A stretch of DNA of 63,542 bases, counting the filler, from Octopus bimaculoides (Eukaryota), in assembly GCF_001194135.2 (NCBI RefSeq). It is 7 parts of 6 records of this genome, joined end to end, with 100 filler letters (N's around TTAATTAATTAA, not from the genome) between each part and the next. Parts side by side here need not be neighbours in the genome. Positions count along the whole stretch, not along the records: positions 18,190 to 35,391 come from NC_069007.1; positions 35,492 to 41,768 come from NC_068987.1; 5 more parts are not named here. One strand, given 5' to 3'. The notes beneath the pieces are model-generated. The model saw nothing but the letters and a program-made list of their open reading frames with translations. It ran no database searches and was not told the origin of the DNA. This document shows, piece by piece, positions 24,935-36,028 of the stretch; the stretch's first letter is position 1, and each line of letters starts with the position of its first letter. A program made the position numbers and the translations under genes.

Positions 24935-25565
24935 CTACAAAAGGAATCAAAACAGCAAATGTACATATNNNNNNNNNNNNNNNNNNNNNNNNNNNNNNNN
25001 NNNNNNNNNNNNNNNNNNNNNNNNNNNNNNNNNNNNNNNNNNNNNNNNNNNNNNNNNNNNNNNNNNNNNNNNNNNNNNNNNNNNNNNNNNNNNNNNNNNN
25101 NNNNNNNNNNNNNNNNNNNNNNNNNNNNNNNNNNNNNNNNNNNNNNNNNNNNNNNNNNNNNNNNNNNNNNNNNNNNNNNNNNNNNNNNNNNNNNNNNNNN
25201 NNNNNNNNNNNNNNNNNNNNNNNNNNNNNNNNNNNNNNNNNNNNNNNNNNNNNNNNNNNNNNNNNNNNNNNNNNNNNNNNNNNNNNNNNNNNNNNNNNNN
25301 NNNNNNNNNNNNNNNNNNNNNNNNNNNNNNNNNNNNNNNNNNNNNNNNNNNNNNNNNNNNNNNNNNNNNNNNNNNNNNNNNNNNNNNNNNNNNNNNNNNN
25401 NNNNNNNNNNNNNNNNNNNNNNNNNNNNNNNNNNNNNNNNNNNNNNNNNNNNNNNNNNNNNNNNNNNNNNNNNNNNNNNNNNNNNNNNNNNNNNNNNNNN
25501 NNNNNNNNNNNNNNNNNNNNNNNNNNNNNNNNNNNNNNNNNNNNNNNNNNNNNNNNNNNNNNNNN

Positions 25566-25568
25566 AGT
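25566..25568 (-). CDS. PITRM1: PITRM1 exon F, first 3 nt only; the remainder is inferred to lie in gap 24969-25565
   Basis: The minus strand reads ttttttgttttctttatttatag|ACT then Ns. AG+A gives Arg and CTn gives Leu, the expected start of the missing approx. 19-aa LKILARLMTAKFLHTEIR-like segment. Confidence 0.7.
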
Positions 25569-25770
25569 CTATAAATAAAGAAAACAAAAAAATATTGTTG
25601 AATACAAACATGATATTAAAAACACATATTTTAATTATATATTTTACAGTTTTTCAGTTCTCTTCAATGGTTTTATAAAAGTCACTTAAACTGAGAACGT
25701 GACTTAATCTAAAGAAAGTGTTTTGAGCTTAAGAGAGCTTTTCAAGCTGAATGTGAGATTATCTGAGAAA

Positions 25771-26245
25771 ATGATTTGAGCTGAGAAAGTGATTTGAGCT
25801 GAGAAAGTGTCTTGAGTAAAGAAACTGATTTGAGCTGAGATAATAATTTCAGATGAGAAAGTGATCTGAGCTGAGAAAGTGTTTTGAATAAAGAAAATGG
25901 TTTGAGTTGAGAAAAGGATTTGAGCTGAGAAAGTACTTAAAATGATTTGAGCAAAGAAAGTACTTTGAGTACAGAAAATGATTTGAGCAGAGAAAGTGAT
26001 TTGAATAAAGTGATTTGAGCTGAGAAAGTACTTTGAGTACAGAAAGTGATTTGAGCTGAGAAAGTACTCAGAGTACAGAAAATGATTTGAGCTGAGAAAG
26101 TGATTTGAATAAAGAAAATGATTTGAGCTGAGAAAGTACTTTGAATAAAGAAAATGATTTGAGCTGAGAAAGTACTTTGAGTACAGAAAATAATTTGAGC
26201 TGAGAAAGTACTCTGAGTACAGAAAATGATTTGAGCTGAGATTCA
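25771..26245. repeat. 18-bp minisatellite with a 36-bp higher-order dimer
   Basis: gatttgagctgagaaagt alternates with actttgagtacagaaaat. It produces the spurious 12-aa-repeat ORF at 25704-26264. Confidence 0.92.
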
Positions 26246-27231
26246 ATAAAGAAAGTGATGGCAAGTGAGATCGAAACTGAACTAAATTTGATGACTGGCA
26301 CCCGTGCTAGTGGAGCGCTAACAGTACCATCCGAGCGGGATCACTGCCAGAGCAGTGGTCTCACTCCCGTGCCAGTGGCACGTAAAAAGCACCATTTGAG
26401 CGCGATCGTTTCCAGCTTCGCCTTACTGGCACTTGTGCCGGTGGCATGTGAACAAAACATTGGACTGACTCCTGTGCAGGTGGCACATAAGAAACACCTT
26501 TTTGAGCGTGGCCATTGCCAGTACCACTGAACCGGCCCTCATGCCGGTGGCACGTAAAAAGCACCCACTACACTCTCGCAGTGGTTGGCGTTAGGAAGGG
26601 CATCCAGCGGTAGAAACTCTGCCAGATCAGATTGGAGCCTGGTGTAGCCATCTGGTTCACCAGTCCTCAGTCAAATCGTCCAACCCATGATAGCATGGAA
26701 AGTGGACGTTAAACGATGATGATGATGATGATGATGATGAAATTGAATTTATTTTTGCTTCATCATGTATTTGTGGACAATAGAATCATTATAGATTTCT
26801 AAGATTTCTAAATGATTATAGATTCCTATGGGTTCAATCACTAGTTTAACTGTTTGAAATGAGAAAGCAGCTGACTGAAGTATAGAAGGAAAGAAGAAAT
26901 GATGGAAGAAAAGAAAAAGAAGGAAAGAAAGGATGGAAAGAAGAGAAAAAGATTGAAGCAGCAGCAGCAGTGACGAATATACACAAGATAGAAAAAAGGG
27001 ACAAAAGATGAAGAAAGAAAATAAAATGGAAGGAAGGAAGGAAGAAGGAAGGAAGAGAAAGAATACAGAAAGAGAAGGTGACAAAGAATGAAAAGAGAAT
27101 GGAGGAAAGGAAAGAAGGAAGAAAAGAAAGAGGGAAGTAAGGAAAGAAGAAAGAGAAGTGACAAAGAATGCTGCAGAAGCAGTGGTAGCCGACAACCCCC
27201 ACCTCATTCATCCCCCTCAACCCCTGCCTAC

Positions 27232-27344
27232 CTTGAACTGTCAGGATGTGTGTATTGAACACTTGGCACCGACATGGAGACGTAATTTACTGTGAACGGC
27301 AACTCGACGTGGGTCCGTTTTTCATGCGGTTGGAATTTGGAATC
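27232..27344 (-). CDS. PITRM1: PITRM1 internal exon E (DSKFQPHEKRTHVELPFTVNYVSMSVPSVQYTHPDSS-R), 113 bp
   Basis: tttgtttcgcgcag acceptor and gtaggc donor. Parallels human EPTFKPWQMKTHFLMPFPVNYVGECIRTVPYTDPDHAS. Confidence 0.95.
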
Positions 27345-27444
27345 CTGCGCGAAACAAAGAATGAAGATGTTAGGGAGACTAGGGAACCAACACGTAGATA
27401 CTCAGAGTACTTACCGACCTTATTTGCTTGTGTGTAAGTCACAT

Positions 27445-27472
27445 CCCTAACCCTAACCCTAACCCTAACCCT
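27445..27472. repeat. Interstitial telomere-type repeat (CCCTAA)4+CCCT
   Basis: Direct reading. Confidence 0.9.
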
Positions 27473-27692
27473 TTGGCATCCAAATTACTCTCTCAAATGT
27501 AATGCTTATTAATTCACATTGTTTTGGATTAACCATGGATTATCTTGAAGGTTCAAGATTCCAACAGTGTGATAGTTTATTATTAGAATGACATTTTAGA
27601 GTAGGTGTGAGAGGTCAGATCTGGCTGGTTTGAACATAAAACAAGTAGAATATTTGGGCTGGATATGGCCAGTTTAAATACTAAAGTGTTAA
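27469..27692. mobile_element. piggyBac-type MITE (second copy at 30933-31159)
   Basis: Termini (T)TAA-CCCTTT ... AAAG(T/A)G-(T/A)TAA. The interior is shared between the two copies. Confidence 0.75.
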
Positions 27693-27921
27693 ACAGTAGG
27701 ATCTGATTTGAGGGAGATTTAGCTACCATTTCTAGCAGGCCACACGGTCATGTACAGACTTCCTTGTTTGGTTTATCAAACAGTAGGATTTGCTACTATT
27801 TCTAGCAAGCCATAGGGTCATGTACAGGTTTCCTTGTTTAGCATATGAAACGGTACGATTTGACTTGAAGGGGATTTAGCTACTGTTTCTAACAGACCTT
27901 AGGTTCATGTACAGGTTTCCT
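27691..27921. repeat. Three degenerate tandem copies of a 70-87 bp unit
   Basis: aaacagtaggat...gctac(c/t)atttctagca...tcatgtacag...ttcctt recurs three times. Confidence 0.75.
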
Positions 27922-28362
27922 TAATGGAATGATGATGCATCTAAGTGTGATCCATTGCTGGGATTTAAGCAGAATATTCAGACTGTCCAACTCTGATTTA
28001 AAAAAAAAAATTTTAAAGTGGAACTTTTAGGATTTATGGGGTGAGGGAGAGGGCTTCTTGAAATTTTTAAAAAATGTTATTTTTTTGCATAATTATATAA
28101 ATTCCTGAGTGTAGAACAAAAATTTACAAAAATTTTCTGAAAATCCCAAAAAGAGAAAAAAGTTTTGAAGGGTTAAAGCAGAACTCTGCCACTCGACCCC
28201 TGTTTTTGTTTTAAAGAAATACAGGAAGGAGAATGCAAATTATCTTAGACTTANNNNNNNNNNGGTGAGTGGGGGAGAGGAGGAGTGAGTGGGGAGAGGG
28301 GGAGAAAGAAAGAGAAGAAAGAGAGGGTAAAAAATAGAGGGGGAAGAGACCAATATACTTAC

Positions 28363-28471
28363 ATTGACAAGAACTCTTTCTGTAGAGAATTCCTGCGACA
28401 AAGGCTGCAAGAATGTGTCTAGTTTGTGAACGGTGGCTTCCATTGCTTCTTCGGTGGCATTCACAGAAACA
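28363..28471 (-). CDS. PITRM1: PITRM1 internal exon D (VSVNATEEAMEATVHKLDTFLQPLSQEFSTERVLVN), 109 bp
   Basis: cttacctccag acceptor and gtaagt donor. The junction gives NVRVSVNAT versus human NMRCSVNAT. Confidence 0.92.
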
Positions 28472-28769
28472 CTGGAGGTAAGAACAAGAAAATAACCCCA
28501 AAATTAAGGATATTAGATACTCAAACATCAAACTATGTAACACCATTTTTATTCTTATTTTTTGTTGTCTTTGGTCAGAAAGGGTCATTTCCTATTTGCT
28601 TCTATCTAGAAATCAAAGAAAATCACTATCATTTCCTTTCAAACCTTGCTTTTCTGACCTGGACATCAATATTTTGAAACTGACCTATTTTCCATTACAT
28701 TTCACACAGATTCAGCGCTGACTTGCTGAAGCAGAAATATTGTTATTACACAGTGTAATCACCCACTAA

Positions 28770-28813
<44 letters not shown>

Positions 28814-29697
28814 GACAGACAGACAGATAGACAGATAGATAGATAGTTAGATAGATAGACAGATAGACAGACAGACAGATATGTAGATAGATAGATAGAT
28901 AGATATAAGGATTAGATCGTTATTTAAAATACCGATCTTATCATGTAGCCAGCATGGGAATAAAAACCTCAAAGGTAATAATTATTATTAAAATTATAAT
29001 TTAGGGTATCTAAGAGATACCACCATGCTGAAAATAGCAGTCAAACTTTGACTCTAAAATCACATACACATATATATATATATATGTATATANNNNNNNN
29101 NNNNNNNNNNNNNNNNNNNNNNNNNNNNNNNNNNNNNNNNNNNNNNNNNNNNNNNNNNNNNNNNNNNNNNNNNNNNNNNNNNNNNNNNNNNNNNNNNNNN
29201 NNNNNNNNNNNNNNNNNNNNNNNNNNNNNNNNNNNNNNNNNNNNNNNNNNNNNNNNNNNNNNNNNNNNNNNNNNNNNNNNNNNNNNNNNNNNNNNNNNNN
29301 NNNNNNNNNNNNNNNNNNNNNNNNNNNNNNNNNNNNNNNNNNNNNNNNNNNNNNNNNNNNNNNNNNNNNNNNNNNNNNNNNNNNNNNNNNNNNNNNNNNN
29401 NNNNNNNNNNNNNNNNNNNNNNNNNNNNNNNNNNNNNNNNNNNNNNNNNNNNNNNNNNNNNNNNNNNNNNNNNNNNNNNNNNNNNNNNNNNNNNNNNNNN
29501 NNNNNNNNNNNNNNNNNNNNNNNNNNNNNNNNNNNNNNNNNNNNNNNNNNNNNNNNNNNNNNNNNNNNNNNNNNNNNNNNNNNNNNNNNNNNNNNNNNNN
29601 NNNNNNNNNNNNNNNNNNNNNNNNNNNNNNNNNNNNNNNNNNNNNNNNNNNNNNNNNNNNNNNNNNNNNNNNNNNNNNNNNNNNNNNNNNNNNNNNN

Positions 29698-30000
29698 CTC
29701 GGGAATACGGAAAGTCTTTGACGTTTCGAGCTACGCTCTTCAACAGAAAGAATACGGAGACAAGGAGAAAAACACGGAGAAAAAAAATTGAATAGTGTTC
29801 AGTCAACGGTCAATCATAATAATGGCCGATCATAACAATGGCTGACCGGAAGTTAGAAATTCTTATTTCAGGAGAGCTAAGAAAGGGGGAGATAACAAAC
29901 GGTATATATATATAAGTTCAAAAAGACAACAAAGTGAGGACGTGATACGGATAGTGTTATTGGACGCTCCGGGAAAGGAAAGAGAGAGTATAAACCACCA
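29698..30000 (-). mobile_element. pLTR-like repeat carrying a minimal hammerhead-like fold (HHR at 29715-29751; related copies at 5357-5386 + and 35143-35180 -)
   Basis: The minus strand reads tcttt-CTGTTGA-A-GAGC-gta-GCTC-GAAAC-GTC-aaaga. Confidence 0.6.
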
Positions 30001-30352
30001 TAAAAATTACGATAAAGATACACACGACCAATGCAATGAATATATGAGAAATAGGTTTACCTTTGCTTTGAATACATCAGTAAGTAATGCATATTTCAAT
30101 ATCAATTGATTTCACACTTTGCATGACAAACATGCTTTGCAATCTTCAGATGAAAACCGCATTTAACATCTATTTCTAAAATATTTACTACGTTAGCTCG
30201 AGAAAGAGAGGGGGAGAGAATAAGAGAAGGAGAGAAGAGATAAAGAAAGGGAGCGCGAGAAACCTGTAATTAGCAGATGGATTCTAAAGACATGAAATGA
30301 AAAAGATGTCATTTCAATAGATTCAGATGAAAAAAAAAAAAATAATAATTAC

Positions 30353-30453
30353 CGAACATTTTTGAAGTTTAAGACATGGCCAGCTATTTGCTCCAGCTTA
30401 GCCACAATTTCATCAACATTGTCAAGCTCAGCCAGCGTCTTCATCATGTTCAC
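30353..30453 (-). CDS. PITRM1: PITRM1 internal exon C (VNMMKTLAELDNVDEIVAKLEQIAGHVLNFKNV-R), 101 bp
   Basis: tacag acceptor and gtaatt donor. Parallels human VRLMKRIAEMTDIKPILRKLPRIKKHLLNGDNMR. CG plus the first T of exon D gives Arg. Confidence 0.92.
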
Positions 30454-31489
30454 CTGTATTAAAGTACAGCAAAGGAGTACCATTAGTAGAAAAAGAAAAA
30501 AAAGAAAATGAGAAGCAAATGAGAGAAATTAAAGAAAGAAAAACCTAGAAAAAACATTACGCTAATAATGAACACACACACTGGTTCTATTTCACTTCCT
30601 TTATTATTAGTAATCAATTATTTAATCATTTAACCAATTAACAAATCACTTGTTTGATTAATTATTCAGTCAATCAATCAGCTAGATTAGTCCTTTCTTT
30701 GCCATTCATATTTAATCGCATTTGTGGTGGCATTATGGTGATGGTGAGAAAGGCTTCTGGCTACAGAATATCAGCCTCTACAAAATTCGTTCCCAACCCA
30801 AGGGGACATTAAAACAACAACGACAATGATGAGTCCAGGCACAGAACAAATACTATAAAGCAACCTACCTGCCGTCCTAAGAACTTGACCAGGGCTTGAG
30901 TGACATAACTAAAAATCAGGAATTTTTAGTCCTTAACCCTTTAGTATACAGACTACTCCATCGAATATAATTCTTATTTATTCCCATTGTTTTTAATTAA
31001 TCATGTATTATCTTGTACCTTTGAGACTTCGATGAGGTGATTGTATACTTTTATAATGACAATGTAGGGTAGGTGTGAGAGGCTGGATCTGGTCAGTTGA
31101 ACATAAAACTGGTAGAATATTTTGGCTGGATCTGGTTGGTGTAAATGCTAAAGAGATAAGTTCATTCAATGCTGTCTTCAGCTTTGTTTTGGTAACTAAT
31201 GTGACGCCAACGGTACCAAACTGAAAGAAGCCTGTCGTATATATGAACGTATCTGTGCATCTGTGTTTGTCCCCCAACCAATGCGTGACAACTGGTGTTG
31301 GTGTGTTTATGTCCCCATAACCTAGTGGTTTGGCAAGACAGACTGACATAATAAGTACCAGGCTTAACTAAAAAAATAAGTACCAGCATCGATGAATTCA
31401 ACTGAAAAATAAATTCCTGAAGGCGGTGCCCCAGCATGGCCACATTCTAATGATTGAAACAAGTTAAAGATAAAAGATAATCTGCCAGT

Positions 31490-32050
31490 TATGGTGACGA
31501 GGGTTCCAGCTGAATCAATCAGTGGAACAACCCGCTTGTGAAGTTAATGTGCAAGTGGCTGAGCCCTCCACAGATACCTGTACCCTTAACATGGTTCTCA
31601 GGGAGGTTTATTATGACACAGAGTGTGACAAGGCTGGCCCTTTGAATTACAGGTAGCACTCGTTTTTGCCAGGAGCAAACTTGAGGGCAGGAGCAAACTT
31701 GAGGGCAGGAGCAAACTTGAAATAAAAAAAATTTGACACTGTTGGTTACAACGAGGGTTCCAGTTGATCCGATCAACAGAACAGCCTGCTCATGAAATTA
31801 ATGTGCAAGTGGTTGAGTACTCCACAGACATGTGTACCCTTAACGTGGTTCTCAAGGAGAATTATTATGACACAAAACGTCACAAGACTGGCCCTTTGAA
31901 ATACAGGTACTGCTCACTCTTGCCAGCTAAGTGAACTGGAGCAATATGAAATAAAGTGTCTTGCTCAAGGACACAGTGCATGGCCGGGAATTGAACTCCT
32001 GGCATTATGATCATAAGCCAATTACCCTAACCACCGAGCTACATACCTTC
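31490..32050 (-). mobile_element. Two tandem SINE family B copies with a 3 x 18-bp insert (gcaggagcaaacttgagg) near 31668-31722
   Basis: The body gagggttccag...gtgcaagtgg...ggccctttga repeats twice, with the tRNA head at approx. 31960-32050. Confidence 0.8.
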
Positions 32051-32459
32051 ACTAGTGACTATATAAGACAATTCTTGAACGACAGGCTCTGGCACACGTG
32101 GGGCAAATATTCTTCCTGCCTGTGCTGAGTAGTTTTAAAGTAAGGATCAGTCCATGCAGTTCAATCTTGCCCCTTAGATTTGGAGGTCAAACCATTGTGG
32201 GTCAACGGGCTAAGACAGCTGCATTGACCAACAAGCTGCAGGTTTTACATTGGAGTGACGACCTAGGTGAGTTGCTTAAAGAGGCTGCAGAGCTCCATCC
32301 ACCCTGGTGTTGTTGGAAGGGCATCAAAAGGGGACGCCAGACATCATGAGGGGGCTCAACTCCCTGATTTACTATCAAGGGTGATTCTGCCAGCCTTTTC
32401 CCTTCCCAAGGCACTCACAAAGCATTGAGGATTTGTGCTCATTGTTTCTTCCATTATGT

Positions 32460-32651
32460 GCTAATTAACCTTTAGCTGGGACCTTAACAGGTGCTACTAC
32501 ACCTGGTCAGAATAGACTTAGGAGCTAATTAACCTTTAGCTAGGACCCTAACAAGTGCTACTACACCTGATCAGAGCAGACTTAGGAGCTAATTAACCTT
32601 TAGCTGGGACCCTAACAGGTGCTACTACACCTGGTCAGAGTAGACTTAGGA
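32460..32651. repeat. 3 x 64-bp tandem repeat
   Basis: Units start at 32460, 32524 and 32588 (gctaattaacctttagct...gacttagga). Confidence 0.95.
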
Positions 32652-32791
32652 ACAATAGTGGCTTAGGGGTGATTCCACACTCACTCTTCAAAACCAAGGC
32701 CCCACAAACAGATGCAGTCAAAAGTCACACACAGGACTAACAACTAACTTAGCTAAGCATGTAAAACAGATATGTGGACTGAGTGACTTAC

Positions 32792-32957
32792 CTGAGTTAC
32801 TCCTGAGAAAAGTTCCTTCCATTGGGCCGAAGGAGAAAGAGTTGAGGATGCCTGGCCCATGGCATACATGTGACCACTGTTAGGGAGACTGGAAGCCATG
32901 TCAGAGGCAATCATTCGAATCAGTGTCTTGAGTCGATCATTATCAGAGAAATTTGGT
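32792..32957 (-). CDS. PITRM1: PITRM1 internal exon B (PNFSDNDRLKTLIRMIASDMASSLPNSGHMYAMGQASSTLSPSAQWKELFSGVTQ), 166 bp
   Basis: cttcctccag acceptor and gtaagt donor. Parallels human PCFEEEEHFKVLVKMTAQELANGIPDSGHLYASIRAGRTLTPAGDLQETFSGMDQ. Phase is compatible on both sides. Confidence 0.95.
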
Positions 32958-32984
32958 CTGGAGGAAGATAGAGAATGAGAAACT

Positions 32985-34302
32985 ATTTGAGACTGTTCCT
33001 GGTTCTATGAAAGATATTTCCTGTTTTTAAAATCATCTAAATTTAAACCTTCCATTGAAATTTTATGTTAATTGATGTTCCAAACGTCATTTGAGGGGAG
33101 GGGACTCATCAATTACATCAACCCCAGTGTTTCACTGGTACTTAATTTATCGACCCTGAAAGGATGAAAGGCAGAGTCGACCTTGGCAGAATTTGAACTC
33201 AAAACGTAAAGACTGACAAACTGCCGGTAAGCATTTTGCTTGATGTGCTAATGATTCTGCCAGCTTGCTACCTCATAATAATAATAATAATGATAATAAT
33301 AATAATCCTCTCTACTAAAGGCACAAGGCCGGAAATTTGAGGGGAGGGGACTCATCAATTACATCAACCCCAGTGTTTCACTGGTACTTAATTTATTGAC
33401 CCTGAAAGGATGAAAGGCAGAGTCGACCTCAGCAGAATTTGAACTCAGAACACGAAGACTGACAAACTGCCGCTAAGCATTTTGTTCGGTGTGCTAATGA
33501 TTCTGCCAGCTCACCATCTTAAGCACCAGATTAATAATGACAGATATTTTACTAAATTCTTCACTACTTTCAAAATTAATTGCCACAACGGCAGTGTATT
33601 TCAACAGAACCTGTTCATTTATTAACTTGCCCAAAACAACTTCCTGGTTCTGTGACAAAAACTTTCCATTTTGAAGTGATCCAGATTAAAACTTGCCATC
33701 AAAATTTCATGTTAATTTATGTTCCAAACACTAAACGAAAAGTAACAACAATATATTACTCAATTCTTCGTTATTTTTTAAAATTAATTGAAACAAAGGT
33801 ATTGTATTTCTACAGAAATATGGTAACAAAAGGGTTAAACCTTTTGTTACCAAGTTGCCCAAGGAAACCTTCTGGTTTTATGACACAAAATTCTCTGTTT
33901 TAAAATTATCTAAATTAAAACCTTTGATCAAAATTTCATGTTAATTCATGTTCCAAACACTAAATGAATAGTGACACAGTTATTTTACAAAATTCTTCAT
34001 TATTTTCAAACTTAAACAAAGGCAGTGTATTTCTACAGAAATATGGTAATAAAAAAAGCTAACCCTTTTGATACCAGCCCACCTGAGAGTGACCCTGGCT
34101 TTGTGATAAAAAAAAAAACTTCCCATTTCAAAGTGATCGAGATTAAAACCTATCAGTTTCATGTTAATAAATGTTCAAATTTATGTTCCAAACACCAGAT
34201 TAATAATGACAAAGACAATTTACTAAATCCATCATTATTTTCAAAATTAATCAAAACAAATTCAGTGTATTTCTACAGAAATATGGTAACAAAAAGGCTT
34301 AA
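32985..34302. mobile_element. Head-to-tail run of about four piggyBac-type MITEs; the first is split by two tandem family D SINEs (33090-33520)
   Basis: Repeated approx. 225-240 bp unit ending atatggtaacaaaagggTTAA (TTAA or CTAA at 33835, 34059, 34299). The first unit resumes at 33521 where it broke at approx. 33085. Confidence 0.8.
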
Positions 34303-34382
34303 TTCTTTTAATATCAGTCTGTCCAAGACAGCCTCTAGTCTTATGATGCCAATATGTTGTTCTAAGGGTTTCATACACTTAC

Positions 34383-34459
34383 CTGGAAATAACATTCTGC
34401 CAGAGATCTAACATTTTGTCAAAATTTCTTTCAAGGCTGTGAGAACTCAATCTTATACA
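34383..34459 (-). CDS. PITRM1: PITRM1 internal exon A (CIRLSSHSLERNFDKMLDLWQNVIS-R), 77 bp
   Basis: Polypyrimidine tract + tag acceptor and gtaagt donor. The translation parallels human GVLFSSLCLDRNLPDMMQLWSEIFN (recalled). It ends in AG, which joins the first A of exon B to give Arg. Confidence 0.9.
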
Positions 34460-34519
34460 CTAAAAGAAAAAGGGCAAAAAAGAGAAAAGGTTGAAGGATT
34501 ATTTCTTTATATCAAGTAT

Positions 34520-35030
34520 AGTTGTGTGTTTGCAAAGTCTGCTCCCTAAACATGTGGTTCCAAGTTCAGTCCCACTGCATGGCACCTTGGGGCAATTAGC
34601 TTCTAATATAGCTCAGGACAACCAAAGCTTCGTAAGTGGATTTGGTAGGCCCCAACTGAAAGAAGTTTGCCATATATATATAGATGCAGGAGTGGTTGTG
34701 TGGTAAGTAGCTTGCTTACCAACCACATGGTCTCGGGTTCACTCCCACTGCGTGGCACCTTGGGCAAGTGTCGATTTGGTAGACAGAAACTGGAAGAAGC
34801 CCATCGTATATGTGTATATATATATATGTGTGTGAGCGTATGTATATGTTTGTGTGTCTGCTTGACAACCGATGCTGGTGTGTTTGCGTCCCCATAACTT
34901 AGCGGTTTGGCTAAAGAGACCGACAGAATAAGTACTAGGCTTACAAAGAATAAGCTCTGGGGTTGATTTGCTCGACTAAAGGCAGTGCTCCAGCATGGCC
35001 ATAGTCAAATGACAAAAACAAGTAAAAGAG
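34520..35030 (+). mobile_element. SINE family A: partial head plus a near-full copy
   Basis: Two heads (34520-34680, 34685-34800) and one tail. Confidence 0.85.
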
Positions 35031-36028
35031 TATATATATATAAATAAAGATATAGTTGAAATTTACAGAAAAACAAAAGATAAAGACAGGTGTATAAACA
35101 ACAAACATGTGTATTAATTTAACGCTCAAGAAGGTGAGAAAGTCTTTTACATTTCGAGCCTACGCTCTTCAACAGAAAAGAACACAACAAAATAAACAAA
35201 GAGAGAATAAGAAGACTTTTGGAGCTAGCAGTCAATCATATATATATAGATGATGATGATGATGATCTTTTCTCCCGCCATGCCTCTGTCTACCCCTCCA
35301 TCCTCTCTCTCTCTCTTTCGTAGTTTTTCCTTAAGGTCTTCAGGTTCTGGCTATATATAAATGAGAAACCCATTCTAAATTATCTCGCTGANNNNNNNNN
35401 NNNNNNNNNNNNNNNNNNNNNNNNNNNNNNNNNNNTTAATTAATTAANNNNNNNNNNNNNNNNNNNNNNNNNNNNNNNNNNNNNNNNNNNNTGGAGCCCG
35501 CAGCTGTAGGAAAATTTCCTGACTCCCCCCACCCTTGTCAGAAAAAAGCTTCAGGAGTTGTGAAGAACGAATTTGCACGAAATAACAGCCAAATCTCCCT
35601 CAAAACACCCTACTGTCTTAACCCGACAATTCTGCCTATTATATAGTTTGAATGAGAAACTGTAACTAAATATTAAGATTATTAACCCCACAAAGAGGTG
35701 AAAGAAGAGAGACAGCATAGCGAAAGTTTTGGCTGACTGTCATCCTGTACTCCCCTTGTTGATAGCGAAATGGTATATGCCGGCTGTGTGAGCAACTGGT
35801 TGTTTTAATGGCGGAACAAACAGGGGAATTCCATTAGAAGAAAGTTTATACGATTTTCTCGGTATGTATGGGAGTTAGGTAAAAAGTACAAACCGCATTC
35901 CAATCTATGCACCCGTCTCCATATATGTGCCATTTTTCACGCGAATCCACCCAGCCGTTTGGCTGTGAACCTCAAGACAAGAAAGAATAAAACGATCACC
36001 CATGTCCAATTTATATTATAGATATATA

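Noticed and set aside
25771-26245. CRISPR-like appearance of regularly spaced repeats (here and at 32460 and 42119)
   Set aside because: No unique spacers, no cas genes and a eukaryotic intronic context.
25704-26264. 186-aa ORF with SSNHFLYSKYFL repeats
   Set aside because: It is the translation of the 18/36-bp intronic minisatellite, with no splice or start context.
22149-34459. Five phase-2 introns all splitting Arg codons
   Set aside because: Largely expected from the AG|G proto-splice bias, so not a new phenomenon.
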